From: Nemertoderma westbladi
Taxonomy: Eukaryota > Animalia > Xenacoelomorpha
DNA length: 64,000 nucleotides
NCBI GenBank assembly: GCA_032718475.1
Contig: JAUCBJ010005099.1
Location: 13,937 to 77,936, forward strand
Direction of reading: 5' to 3'
Shown: piece by piece, positions 46,842 to 58,550 of the stretch
Layout: each line of letters opens with the position of its first letter
How positions within the stretch are numbered: the stretch's first letter is position 1
The notes under the pieces: generated by a model
Told to the model about the DNA's origin: nothing
Seen by the model: only the letters and a program-made list of their open reading frames with translations
The model's database searches: none
Position numbers and translations under genes: made by a program

Positions 46842-49800
46842 TTACGTTATGGAGTCCCTAGATCTTTGTCGAATTAGGGAAGTGGTCGTAGGAAGAGTAT
46901 CCTGCCTTCCATGGTTTCCGGACAGTTTTCGGTCTCTTTCCAGTAAACCTAAGCGACCAGCTGGGCGATTAGGCTGTCGTGTTACTTCCGCCGCTCCCTT
47001 GGCCTGTCTAATCTCCTCAGTGGTAAGATGAGGAGGCCATTCATCTTCTTCTTTACTTAGGGAGTCGGGTCCACCTAACCAGCCGGGAGTATCTATCCGT
47101 TCTTGAGGAGTTGCTCTTCTGGAATCGATGTCGGCTGGATTAATCGTCCCAAGGCAATGTCTCCATTGATCTACATTGGAGTTAATATCGTCATTATCTG
47201 AGGAGTATGGTGTTCCCTCAGTTGGATCGTCCACATCACTGCTCTCCACTTCCCCCTTTACTTGGTATACCTGTGGTTGAGGTAATCTCTCTTTGAGAGT
47301 TCTACGGGAAGGGCCAGTGAAGTACCAACCTACTCTAGTTCTTACCGCATAGGTTTGCAGTGGCTGCGGTTGAGCAGGCCGTTTCTCCAATGGCTCGAGC
47401 GCCTCATGCGCGTTTTGGCCGATGATTATTTGCACTCCAGGATAATCTGTCTGGAATCGAGGTATCTTAAGATGTTGGATGCTCTCATCCTCGTCCCAAC
47501 TATAAAGGTCTGCTTGGTTAGTAGCGAAGTTCTTTATAGCCACCATTTTTACTGACCTTATACTTTGTGCTCCTAATTTATCCTGGGGGGTGGACAACGC
47601 ACCTACATAGTAATCTGCCGTTATGGTAGATTTCCAAACCTGCATAATTCCTGACATATTCAATTTAGTCCGGAACTTGGGTTGTCCAGCAAAGATATCT
47701 TCGGCTAGTTCTTGATCGATGAATGTTCCTGTGCTGCCGGAGTCAAGTAGGGCGTTCACTATGTAACTCTTGTTGGGACCATGAACTCGAACTTGCACTA
47801 CAGGAAATTCTCTTATTCCTATGTTGGAAGTTGGAACTTTCCAAGATGGTTGTTTGTCAAAAGGAGTTGGAGTAAACTCGTCAGTGTCCTTTTCATCCGT
47901 AAGTGCTCGATACACTGTGGTATTTATTAGATAACAGGATTCGTTGGCATCGGAGAATTCGTCTGTATAGAATCCTTCCCACTCAGAACCTTGGTCAGTG
48001 TCGTTCACATCACTGAATTGGACATGTAGTTCGGGCTCACTTACCTGACTCGGGTTGTCTCGTTCGAACTCACTGTGTAACAAGATGTGATGTTTCGCGC
48101 CACACTTTGCACACTTTGCGTCGGAGTAACAGGTTCGCCGTTGGTGTCCTGATCTGAGGCAATTATAGCATAACCGCTTATTCCACAGGACTGTACGTCT
48201 GTCTACAGGGGATTTCTTTAGAAATTCAGCACACGCACTCAAACGGTGAGGCCCGTCGCACAGCGCACATTTTGGTTTGATGTTACTCACCTTAACTTGG
48301 TTAACGTTCTGCACTCTCGTTCTTTCTTCGGGCTTTCTTCCGTGAATTCTCTTAGGAGACGTAGGAGGAGTTGTTGTTACCTGTTCTCTCCTGTCACTGG
48401 TTCGAGACTTGTATTTACTTACGTCTTTATAGGTCTTGTTGTCATAGTAAGATTTTGCTGTGTCTTTCCCGCTGTCCTCTTCTTGAGAAGCTTGGCTTTC
48501 GCCGTCGTCAGTATAACACACTGGTATTATCCTTCTCCTAGAATCGGGTTTCTCACTTACCTTATTTTCCGATGTTTTCTCTCTGGCCTGCCTTATGAGT
48601 TGTAATTTTACTTCACTATCTAAGAAAGACATGAGATCAGCCATGGTAGGACTTCGTCGTTGTTGTTCATTCATGTACAACACTTTCTTGTCCCAGCGTG
48701 TACATACTCCACCCTTTGGTAAAGTAGAGACTACGGCTCCAATAACCATGGAACTCTGGTATTCGTGCGACTTACCTAACCAGTCCAGTTGTCTACAGAT
48801 CTCTTGTATTTCATCGGAAAATTCTATAATCCCACTACTAAGGAAGTGTCGGGGGGCTACCAATTTTGTATACAAATACTTAGCTATGTTATCTTTGTTA
48901 CCATACCTGATGTTTAATGTATCCCAAACTTGTCTTAATCCATCTGGATGTCCAATAAACTTTAACGCCATTAACTTGGGAGGTCCTTCCAAACACTTGA
49001 TGAGGAATCTAAGTTTCTCTCCGTTAGATAGTACAGAGTTCTGTATGCTATCTTTGTAATATTCGTTGAAAGGTAACCATTTCATCTCATCCCCATTGAA
49101 TTTGACGATCTCTCCCACTTTGACCGCTTGGCGGGCTTCTGTTCTAGCCATCTGACGCGTAAAGCTTTCTTGGGCCATCGTGTTATTTAATATCGAATTA
49201 TCGGTATACAAATTTCTCGGATCATTATCAGGTCTATAGGGAATATCATTAATAACAGGTCTATAATCACCCTTAATAGGGTTTGCTATAGGAGTTTCAA
49301 CTTCACTAGCAGTATAGATGCGTGTAGGCTCCACACCTTGCGCATGTGATACTTCAGACCTAACGGGTTGACACAATGTTACAGGGGGCATTGGTATGCC
49401 TTTTTGTATATTGACTAATTTGTCGCGTTCTAGCGCGATACTTTGCTGCACTTCTTGCAACTCTGCTCTACTTTCCCTCACTGTTCCCTTAAGTTGGTGG
49501 ACAGTCTCCTGCATCTGTCCTAGCAGGAGATTCATCCCCCGCCGTCCCTCTTCCACCCACTCAACCGCCGAAGCGGGAGTCGCCAACATAGTAGCGGGCT
49601 GACGCGGGACGACGGGAGACAAATTATTGATTTCTCTCTCTGCTATCTGGACAGGGGTGTTTGCATGGGCTGTTCCACCGGGTACAGGCAGTGTAGTGCT
49701 ATGTAAAGGGAATTTAGAGTTAAGCTCTGGAAGTGTAGGGGTCTCTAGCACAGAAGTGACTTTGGGAATTACAGGCCTAATTATTTCAGGTTCATCGACT

Positions 49801-51059
49801 ATAGTAGGGACTTCTGCTTCTGCCGCCGCTGCCTTTCTTTCTGCTTCTGCTTCTGCCGTAGCAGCCGCCTTTTGTTCCTCTATCCTTCTTTTCTTTATTT
49901 GTTCTTCTCGAACTCTAGTGAGACGGAGTTTTTCATCACATTCAGCTTGGTTTGCAGCTAACATTTCGGTATCGATCGCGTCCAATATAAGCTTGGTTCC
50001 TTCACTATTAGGGGAAAGTCCATGTAGCCGTCTCCTCAACTCTTCGTCTCCTAGGAATCGCTGATAGTCGGACAAATAAATGTCGATAGCGTCTCTAGTT
50101 CGCGGTTTCTCGGCGGCCTCTTCGCTTTCCTCTTGAGCAAGGGTGACATCAGTTTGTTCGGAGACATCAGTCGGTTCCTCATAGATTGATCTCTCAGCCA
50201 GCTGGGATTTCCACGGGGCTGTTTCCTGTACTTTGAGATCTACTCGATGTAGCCAAGTTTTGACAGCAACCTGCAGCGACGTGTCCTGTCTTCTTTTGGA
50301 AGTTTCCTCAAAGGCTGAGAGGATTAGTCGAATGCGTAGGGTTCTTTCGCGTATTTGATATAGCAGTTCTTCCTGCTCTTGAGGTCCGTGAGGTTGTCGA
50401 AACAGTTGTTCCTCCAATCGCTCCAAGGATCCGAAGAATCCCTGCACATATCCTGCTGCCGACCTCTTCCAAACAGCTGGATCCATTGTATCTTTTGCCA
50501 CTCCCATCCTGTGTATATCTTCCCAAGTAGCCTCGGACATATCAAACGGAAGTCCGAGTCCGGGAAAGTTCCATTGTGATTCAACAATAGATCTCAATTC
50601 TTCCCTGGCGTATCCCGCGTAATTATCTTGGGTCGCTTGCTTATTCTTCGCCCAGTCGGTTTGATGTTCTTCCACCGCAATGAGTATAGTAGTCAGCACT
50701 GCAGCAGGAAGAGTAAGAAGGGGGTCCGAGTAGACTGTATCAGCCATCTGCACTCCATGTTCGGGAGTCAACTCTACAGTATCCGAACTGCTGGAGCTAT
50801 CCGGTCTCTGGGAAGTAGGTTCTTGACCAAGATGTTGCTGCGATAGGACAGCTGCCTCTTGGTCCCGTTTTACCTGTGCCCGAGTGCCTATGATGGACCT
50901 ATGGTGGACTAGCCTAGGGTCTGATACTACTGGAGGGATGACCTTTTTTACAGTAGGAGGTGAGCCGAACTTCTCTTTTATTCGCTCCACACTCCTATCT
51001 GAATCACAGATAGTGGTCTCGATCAGACTGTCCGACAGGTTTTGCTGAGTGTCAGACAT
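46842..51059 (-). CDS. BEL/Pao Gag-protease polyprotein, 1405 aa, with short fused RNase H and integrase C-terminal remnants
   Basis: Gag core KFNGDEMKW...KLRFL, triple Cys-His (CALCDGPHRLSAC, CYNCLRSGHQRRTC, CAKCGAKHHILLH), protease ALLDSGS...TRVGW, then QWRHCLGTINPADIDSR...WLGGP...WP and RPAGRLGLLE. No YVDD and no integrase DDE. Confidence 0.95.
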   Translation of the reverse strand: MSDTQQNLSDSLIETTICDSDRSVERIKEKFGSPPTVKKVIPPVVSDPRLVHHRSIIGTRAQVKRDQEAAVLSQQHLGQEPTSQRPDSSSSSDTVELTPEHGVQMADTVYSDPLLTLPAAVLTTILIAVEEHQTDWAKNKQATQDNYAGYAREELRSIVESQWNFPGLGLPFDMSEATWEDIHRMGVAKDTMDPAVWKRSAAGYVQGFFGSLERLEEQLFRQPHGPQEQEELLYQIRERTLRIRLILSAFEETSKRRQDTSLQVAVKTWLHRVDLKVQETAPWKSQLAERSIYEEPTDVSEQTDVTLAQEESEEAAEKPRTRDAIDIYLSDYQRFLGDEELRRRLHGLSPNSEGTKLILDAIDTEMLAANQAECDEKLRLTRVREEQIKKRRIEEQKAAATAEAEAERKAAAAEAEVPTIVDEPEIIRPVIPKVTSVLETPTLPELNSKFPLHSTTLPVPGGTAHANTPVQIAEREINNLSPVVPRQPATMLATPASAVEWVEEGRRGMNLLLGQMQETVHQLKGTVRESRAELQEVQQSIALERDKLVNIQKGIPMPPVTLCQPVRSEVSHAQGVEPTRIYTASEVETPIANPIKGDYRPVINDIPYRPDNDPRNLYTDNSILNNTMAQESFTRQMARTEARQAVKVGEIVKFNGDEMKWLPFNEYYKDSIQNSVLSNGEKLRFLIKCLEGPPKLMALKFIGHPDGLRQVWDTLNIRYGNKDNIAKYLYTKLVAPRHFLSSGIIEFSDEIQEICRQLDWLGKSHEYQSSMVIGAVVSTLPKGGVCTRWDKKVLYMNEQQRRSPTMADLMSFLDSEVKLQLIRQAREKTSENKVSEKPDSRRRIIPVCYTDDGESQASQEEDSGKDTAKSYYDNKTYKDVSKYKSRTSDRREQVTTTPPTSPKRIHGRKPEERTRVQNVNQVKVSNIKPKCALCDGPHRLSACAEFLKKSPVDRRTVLWNKRLCYNCLRSGHQRRTCYSDAKCAKCGAKHHILLHSEFERDNPSQVSEPELHVQFSDVNDTDQGSEWEGFYTDEFSDANESCYLINTTVYRALTDEKDTDEFTPTPFDKQPSWKVPTSNIGIREFPVVQVRVHGPNKSYIVNALLDSGSTGTFIDQELAEDIFAGQPKFRTKLNMSGIMQVWKSTITADYYVGALSTPQDKLGAQSIRSVKMVAIKNFATNQADLYSWDEDESIQHLKIPRFQTDYPGVQIIIGQNAHEALEPLEKRPAQPQPLQTYAVRTRVGWYFTGPSRRTLKERLPQPQVYQVKGEVESSDVDDPTEGTPYSSDNDDINSNVDQWRHCLGTINPADIDSRRATPQERIDTPGWLGGPDSLSKEEDEWPPHLTTEEIRQAKGAAEVTRQPNRPAGRLGLLERDRKLSGNHGRQDTLPTTTSLIRQRSRDSIT

Positions 51060-52384
51060 GTTTAGTTATACAGTTGAATGTCTACTACTATAGTTTCAGT
51101 TAAAGCAAGTCTAGTAATTCAGTATGACCGCAAGCCTAGCGATTTATTACCGGTACCGTTACTCAGTGGAACGTGATATATATACAATATATTAGAGTAC
51201 CGGTATGCTTATAATATATAAGTGTTATTACAGACTCGATTTGTCACAGATTACCGGTATAATTTTAGCACAAATATATATATATATAGTAGGCCTATAA
51301 TGAATACCGGTATACAGCTTACACTTATAGTATATAAGTATAATTCTGAACTAGAATTAATTACAGAGTACCGGTATGATTTCAGCTCAAATTTATAGAA
51401 ATAAATATAATAAGCCTATGGTAAGTACCGGTATGTCAATTATTTTTAGAATAATTGAATTCCTGAATATTTTAGGGTTACTTAGTTACTTTAACTTACT
51501 TTGTTACCGTTATTTAAGCAGTAGTCCAACTGATAGTGAGACCTAGTTGTCGTATGGCAGGCCTACTATTTATAAATCGTTTGAGTTGATTTATAATATT
51601 TATATACCCGTTTAAAATGGGTTTTTGTCAATATTTGAAATAAATGTTATTATTTCTGGGGGTCACTACACGGAAGCTGAACGCCTCTCAGTGAAGTGCT
51701 ATTTATTTGACACTAAAACTGATAATTCTAATTTACCTAAGTTACTTAATACTACAAATTACTTACGATACGGGTGAGATTAATTCTCTAATTAAACACA
51801 ACAAAATATTACGGACGAAATTTTTAGGGTAATTTTACAGGGAGTCTACAAACCAGTCCAACAAAGGGTTAGATTTCTGGCTATTACAAAAGACAGGGTA
51901 CTACGGTATTTAAATAATAAGTAGTAGTAAATATATTGTACTGTCCAGATAGGAAAATACCACCGCCTGACGACCTATAACCGTATCGCTATAGGTACTA
52001 CGTTATGTATCACGGATTGTTCCTACCCAGAAGCTAATAGAGCTAACGAATGTGCCTATCAACCACTTTACAACACAAATATACTGCCTACACTAATTAC
52101 TTCGGAAGGCACTGTACTCTAAACCCTAAATTAGGTACAAGTACCGGTATAACAAATAATCAGTAGTTAAATATACTTGAACAGTTAAAAGAACCACGGC
52201 ATCTGCTGGAGTGACCGAAGCACAAAGTCGTCAGTCTTTACCTACGCCAAGCAGCCCTGATGTAGTACCGGGGTTAGTTTAACTATAACGGTATGTATAA
52301 CAAGCACAATTACTGTAGGAATAAACTTGGGGACATGAATGTTGCGAATAATCGCATAAACTCTGAATAATAAATATTACGCTA

Positions 52385-52950
52385 CCCGTACAGAATACTC
52401 AAACAAATACAAACCAAACGCTGGCCGACTACTATCAAGCCTAAACAAACTACTGTATGTGCAGATTCTGAAACTGTTAGTTAGTATGCGTGCTAACACG
52501 GTAGTACGACTTACTCTTTAAGAGGGGATTGACCTTACAGTTATGACTGCCCCAACTTACTAACGGCACTTGATCAGACCAACTCTACACGCGCAGCAAT
52601 CCCTTCAGACCCAAAAATAGCTAGACAACAATTCAGCCTACAAATATTTGAGTAATAACTATTACGGTACCTGAACAGACCACACAAACAAACACAGGCT
52701 AAAACACTGGCAGACTACGATCAAGCCTAGATAAACTACAGTATATGCAGACTCTGAAACTGTTAGTTAGTATGCGTGCTAACACGGTAGTACGACTTAC
52801 TCTTTAAGAGGGGATTGACCTTACAGTTATGACTGCCCCAACTTACTAACGGCACTTTATCAGACAAACTCTACACACGCCGTAATCTCTCCAAACCCAA
52901 CAACAGTCAGACAGCAGCTCAGCCTACAATTATCTGAACAATCTGAGCAG
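52385..52950. repeat. About 290-bp tandem duplication in the 5' leader of element 2
   Basis: CTGAAACTGTTAGTTAGTATGCGTGCTAACACGG... occurs at about 52468 and 52754. A homologous duplication is present in element 3 (about 59920-60480). Confidence 0.85.
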
Positions 52951-53305
52951 GGTCACACGCCTTCTGCTCAATATTAGCCTACTAGTAAATAAAACCGACA
53001 GAAATAAGTAGAATCTCAAATAAAAAATCAGGGCGGCCGTTCCCTGATTAAGTACCAAGACCTACCGGTATACAACAATCAGATTCGAATAATACTAAAT
53101 GTACTTGTACAGCAGTACCGGTACCGGTGATGACAGTTAGGCCTACTGACCTACAAAGTACCGGTTCAGTTTTACCAGTCACTACGGTAGTTTGCAACCT
53201 TATTGCCTACTGCAATAAGATTATAAACTGTTACTGTTCGTCAGAACAGTATTAAACTGTATTTAATGCCTACACTTGCAACCTTATTGCCTCCTGCAAT
53301 AAGAT

Positions 53306-53318
53306 TATAAACTGTTAC
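53306..53318 (-). promoter_or_regulatory. Non-tRNA primer-binding site of element 2 (GTAACAGTTTATA), complementary to its own LTR
   Basis: Directly follows the 5' LTR and is the perfect complement of LTR positions 54097-54109 and 43195-43207. A second copy lies at 53222-53234. Confidence 0.75.
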
Positions 53319-54590
53319 TGTTCGCGCTTTTGAAGACCTTTAGCAGTTTAACCTGCCAAAATTTATATGTCTTTTAGTTAATTAAAACCACTTTAGCATA
53401 CGACAATAATTTATGCTAATACGCAAAACACTAGCCGAAGTCAGCCCATGCGCGATCATTCACCCGATGGATCTACACCCGGGAGACTGAATTCGGATGC
53501 TTGAATTGTATTATTACAGTGTAAGGTTGCAGTGTATACCTAATGTATTATTCGATAGATCGTTAATAATTAATCTCTGACAGATATTATTGGCTTTCGG
53601 GAAATATTAACAGTTCCTTTAGGACGTGGTGCTTTATCTATTTAAACAGAACTAAGACTTATACTAAACGCAACGATACTGCTTATGATTAAAGTATAAA
53701 ACGTATTCTTTAGGAAATACTTTGTTACCAATCACAATCATACACACTATTCTGCCGCCAGTCAGTACATTTGATCACACATAAAGAGAGCAGTAATTGA
53801 CTCACGTAGGGTCTGCTAAATAACATTGGATTCAATACACACCACATTAATATAAATCGCAATTGTTATATATAGCCGGTCTCTCTAACCTGTAGTGTTA
53901 TCAAGAAAATTGGGAATTGGGTGATTTATCCGTATTATCCAAATAGCAATATTTCCATCAACAAATATTTACAATTAATAACTGACGGTAAAATAACAGT
54001 ACAAACAATATGATCAATGCAATTAAATTAAGTGAGTATGTTAATTAAGATTGATCAATTAGTTAAGATTCGTTAGTTAGTTAGTGATTTATTGAGGTAA
54101 CAGTTTATACTTTCGATAATTCAAGCAGTTTACTAGAGTTCTTCCCAAAAGGCCGGTGTTTCTGGCTTAGACAGCAATAACAACAAAGTAACAAGAAAAA
54201 ACAGTAAGACTGAACACTCTCCTTATGATCGACTAAAAAGCTACACGTCGACAGGAAAAACCGCCCTGATTGGCCCAAGCCAAACAAAGAACCACGCGTC
54301 CAATGGCTGTTTCCATGTCAGCAACCAGCTGCTAGATGTCGTAATATGAATCATCACGGCTAAGCTGTGAAAGGTAGTTGGTGCATTACAGGTTTTTTGC
54401 CTTACCATGTCCGCCAAAACACGTATATAGCAGAATGATTTTTATGTCCGTTAAAACACCTGTAAAGGTACCTTGCGGGCGAGGGGAATATATATACAGT
54501 TAGAGAACCTTTTTAGAGTATTCCAGCGCCTGTGGGGAAACTGGATTGCGAAGCAAAAGGGGCCAGTTATATCCCACAGAAGCTTTTACA
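53319..54590 (-). repeat. 5' LTR of element 2
   Basis: Direct repeat of 42440-43694. Confidence 0.95.
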
Positions 54591-56154
54591 GCCATTTTAG
54601 AGTAAAAGAGCCCCAAAACCCCGCTTTTTGAGGATTCTTGTGTATAAAATGGCCGAAGCTCAATTTCAATCAACATTGCTTGATGGCACTGGATGTAACA
54701 ATGATTTGAACCGATTCATCAAAAAATTTAACACTGAATAAAACATAGATTGAAAAATTGTTAAAGGTACAGTATATTGAATAGCCTTTGTTTGGGACAA
54801 AAATAGGCCTAATAACAAACATTTGGTGTGACTAAATTAAATTTTAGTTACTCCTCTTCACTTAAGCACCGATAAAATCTAAATATTACATTATTCAGCA
54901 AATGATTGGTATAGGTGGAGGTGAGGGGGGTAGTGAGTAGTGGATATTGTGCACTCGACACATGTAGGGCCTAGTCTATTGAAATTTTAATGTTTTTAAA
55001 TATACAACTAAATCAATCCTGGTTTTCTAATTAGGGGTGGGGGAGGTGGGGTGGGGGTGTACAAATCCAAGGTCGCTTCTCAAAGTAAATTCTCAAACTG
55101 AATGTTCCCTTCATAATGAACAGATGCATGCAAATTATACAATAATTTATTATACCGCCACAGCTATAAGTTCAGTTACAACTTACAAGGTTTATAGATT
55201 TCATGTTTATTAAATGGAAAATCTTAAAATAACGCAATTTTCATGGTATTTGCTCAATAATAGCCGAATAACGCAAAATTTTGGAAATAGCGCAAGGAGG
55301 GAGCCCTGGTCGGTCATGGATCCACGTGATCATATTTATCGATTAATAATACTTTTATTTTCATTCATATTTAACTCTTTTTAATGACGAATTTTTGAAG
55401 GAATAAGGATGTGGGCATGGCATCAACCTAAAAATGGTTTAATAGGAAGGAAGAGTAAAAATTCGCTTAATTCGATATACCGGTAGTTAAACGGAATAGT
55501 CAGGCAGGTTTATATTAAATTTAATCTTGTTTGATGTTCCTACCGTATATTATTCAGTTTTTAATATTCAAATATATTTATTTGATATTTATTATATCAA
55601 TAATTTTTGAAATGGTACTTTTACTTGTGGGTATAATATTAGGTACTTTTACTTGTGGGTATAATATTAGTTTTGTATATTTACATTTACTATTTCTCGG
55701 GTTATTGTTGATTTCTAGTGTGGCATTCAATGTATTGTGCTCAATCGCTAATTATTGTAGAATATTGTGCTCATTCGCAAATTATTGTAGAATATTGTGC
55801 TCATCATTCGCTTATTATGTTATTGTTACTGACTGACTGTGTATAATGGGTAGTGGATAATGAACTGAAAGTAATTAGTTTCAATTAATTCATATTTGTA
55901 TTTTCTAATTTTCTTTCTTTGCTAATATTTACGTGGATCTATGAAATTACAAAAAAAGTCACAAGATGTTCCTCGGGAGAATTTAAATTTTATTGGAATT
56001 GTCATTTTTGCATCTGCGCTTAATCTATAGGTTAGGCTTTCTCAGAAGGATCGCGATAAGTTCCAACGCGACGGAAAATGTACCTGAAGGAGTCATAATA
56101 TCGCAGTTAATCTTTAATTTTGATCAGATGATGTCGATTAATGTGTGAAAATAG

Positions 56155-58550
56155 CATTGAACATCTACCGCTCCCCATTGAACATCTACCGCTCCCCATT
56201 GAACATCTACCGCTGCCCCATTGAACATCTACCGCTCCCCCATTGAACATCTACCGCTCCCCCATTGAACATCTACCGCCCCCCCCCCATTGAACATCTA
56301 CCGCTCCCCCATTGAACATCTACCGCTCCCCCATTGAACATCTACCGCTCCCCCATTGAACATCTACCGCTCCCCATTGAACATCTACCGCTCCCCATTG
56401 AACATCTACCGCTGCCCCATTGAACATCTACCGCTCCCCCATTGAACATCTACCGCTCCCCCATTGAACATCTACCGCTCCCCCATTGAACATCTACCGC
56501 TCCCCCATTGAACATCTACCGCTCCCCATTGAACATCTACCGCTCCCCATTGAACATCTACCGCCCCCCCATTGAACATCTACCGCTCCCCATTGAACAT
56601 CTACCGCTCCCCCATTGAACATCTACCGCTCCCCCATTGAACATCTACCGCGCCCCCATTGAACATCTACCGCTCCCCATTGAACATCTACCGCTCCCCA
56701 TTGAACATCTACCGCTCCCCCATTGAACATCTACCGCTCCCCATTGAACATCTACCGCTCCCCATTGAACATCTACCGCTCCCCCATTGAACATCTACCG
56801 CTCCCCATTGAACATCTACCGCTCCCCATTGAACATCTACCGCTCCCCCATTGAACATCTACCGCTCCCCATTGAACATCTACCGCTCCCCATTGAACAT
56901 CTACCGCGCCCCCATTGAACATCTACCGCTCCCCATTGAACATCTACCGCTCCCCATTGAACATCTACCGCTCCCCATTGAACATCTACCGCTCCCCCAT
57001 TGAACATCTACCGCGCCCCCATTGAACATCTACCGCTCCCCATTGAACATCTACCGCTCCCCATTGAACATCTACCGCTCCCCCATTGAACATCTACCGC
57101 TCCCCATTGAACATCTACCGCTCCCCATTGAACATCTACCGCTCCCCATTGAACATCTACCGCTCCCCCATTGAACATCTACCGCTCCCCATTGAACATC
57201 TACCGCTCCCCATTGAACATCTGCCGCTCCCCATTGAACATCTACCGCTCTCCCATTGAACATCTACCGCTCCCCCATTGAACATTTACCGCTCCCCCAT
57301 TGAACATCTACCGCTCCCCATTGAACATCTACCGCTCCCCATTGAACATCTACCGCTCCCCATTGAACATCTACCACTCCCCATTGAACATCTACCGCTC
57401 CCCATTGAACATCTACCGCTCCCCATTGAACATCTACCGCTCCCCCATTGAACATCTACCGCTCCCCCATTGAACATTTACCGCTCCCCCATTGAACATC
57501 TACCGCTCCCCCATTGAACATCTACCGCTCCCCCATTGAACATCTACCGCTCCCCATTGAACATCTACCGCTCCCCATTGAACATCTACCACTCCCCATT
57601 GAACATCTACCGCTCCCCATTGAACATCTACCGCTCCCCATTGAACATCTACCGCTCCCCCATTGAACATCTACCGCTCCCCATTGAACATCTACCGCTC
57701 CCCCATTGAACATCTACCGCTCCCCATTGAACATCTACCGCTCCCCCATTGAACATCTACCGCTCCCCCATTGAACATCTACCGCGCCCCCATTGAACAT
57801 CTACCGCTCCCCATTGAACATCTACCGCTCCCCCATTGAACATCTACCGCTCCCCATTGAACATCTACCGCTCCCCATTGAACATCTACCGCTCCCCCAT
57901 TGAACATATACCGCTCCCCCATTGAACATCTACCGCTCCCCATTGAACATCTACCGCTCCCCATTGAACATCTACCGCTCCCCATTGAACATCTACCGCT
58001 CCCCATTGAACATCTACCACTCCCCATTGAACATCTACCGCTCCCCCATTGAACATCTACCGCTCCCCCATTGAACATCTACCGCTCCCCATTGAACATC
58101 TACCGCTCCCCCAATGAACATCTACCGCTCCCCCATTGAACATCTACCGCTCCCCCATTGAACATCTACCGCTCCCCATTGAACATCTACCGCTCCCCAT
58201 TGAACATCTACCGCTCCCCATTGAACATCTACCGCTCCCCCATTGAACATCTACCGCTCCCCCATTGAACATCTACCGCGCCCCCATTGAACATCTACCG
58301 CTCCCCATTGAACATCTACCGCTCCCCCATTGAACATCTACCGCTCCCCATTGAACATCTACCGCTCCCCATTGAACATCTACCGCTCCCCCATTGAACA
58401 TATACCGCTCCCCCATTGAACATCTACCGCTCCCCATTGAACATCTACCGCTCCCCATTGAACATCTACCGCTCCCCATTGAACATCTACCGCTCCCCAT
58501 TGAACATCTACCGCTCCCCATTGAACATCTACCGCTCCCCCATTGAACAT
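56155..58550. repeat. 22/23-bp satellite (CATTGAACATCTACCGCTCCCC[C])n, about 105 copies, ending at the insertion point of element 3
   Basis: Direct tandem periodicity. The array stops mid-unit (CATTGAACAT|TGTACG). Confidence 0.98.

Larger units (their letters stand above)
42440..54590 (-). mobile_element. Non-autonomous BEL/Pao LTR element 2, about 12.15 kb, Gag-protease only plus an accessory ORF
   Basis: Two direct repeats of about 1.26 kb with TGT...ACA ends, a PPT-like GGGAGCGG before the 3' LTR, and a Gag-PR ORF. No matching TSD. Confidence 0.93.

Noticed and set aside
46842-51059. Domesticated host Gag gene (Arc/PEG10-like)
   Set aside because: It is flanked by two largely near-identical LTRs and has a dispersed sister copy, so it still behaves as a mobile element.
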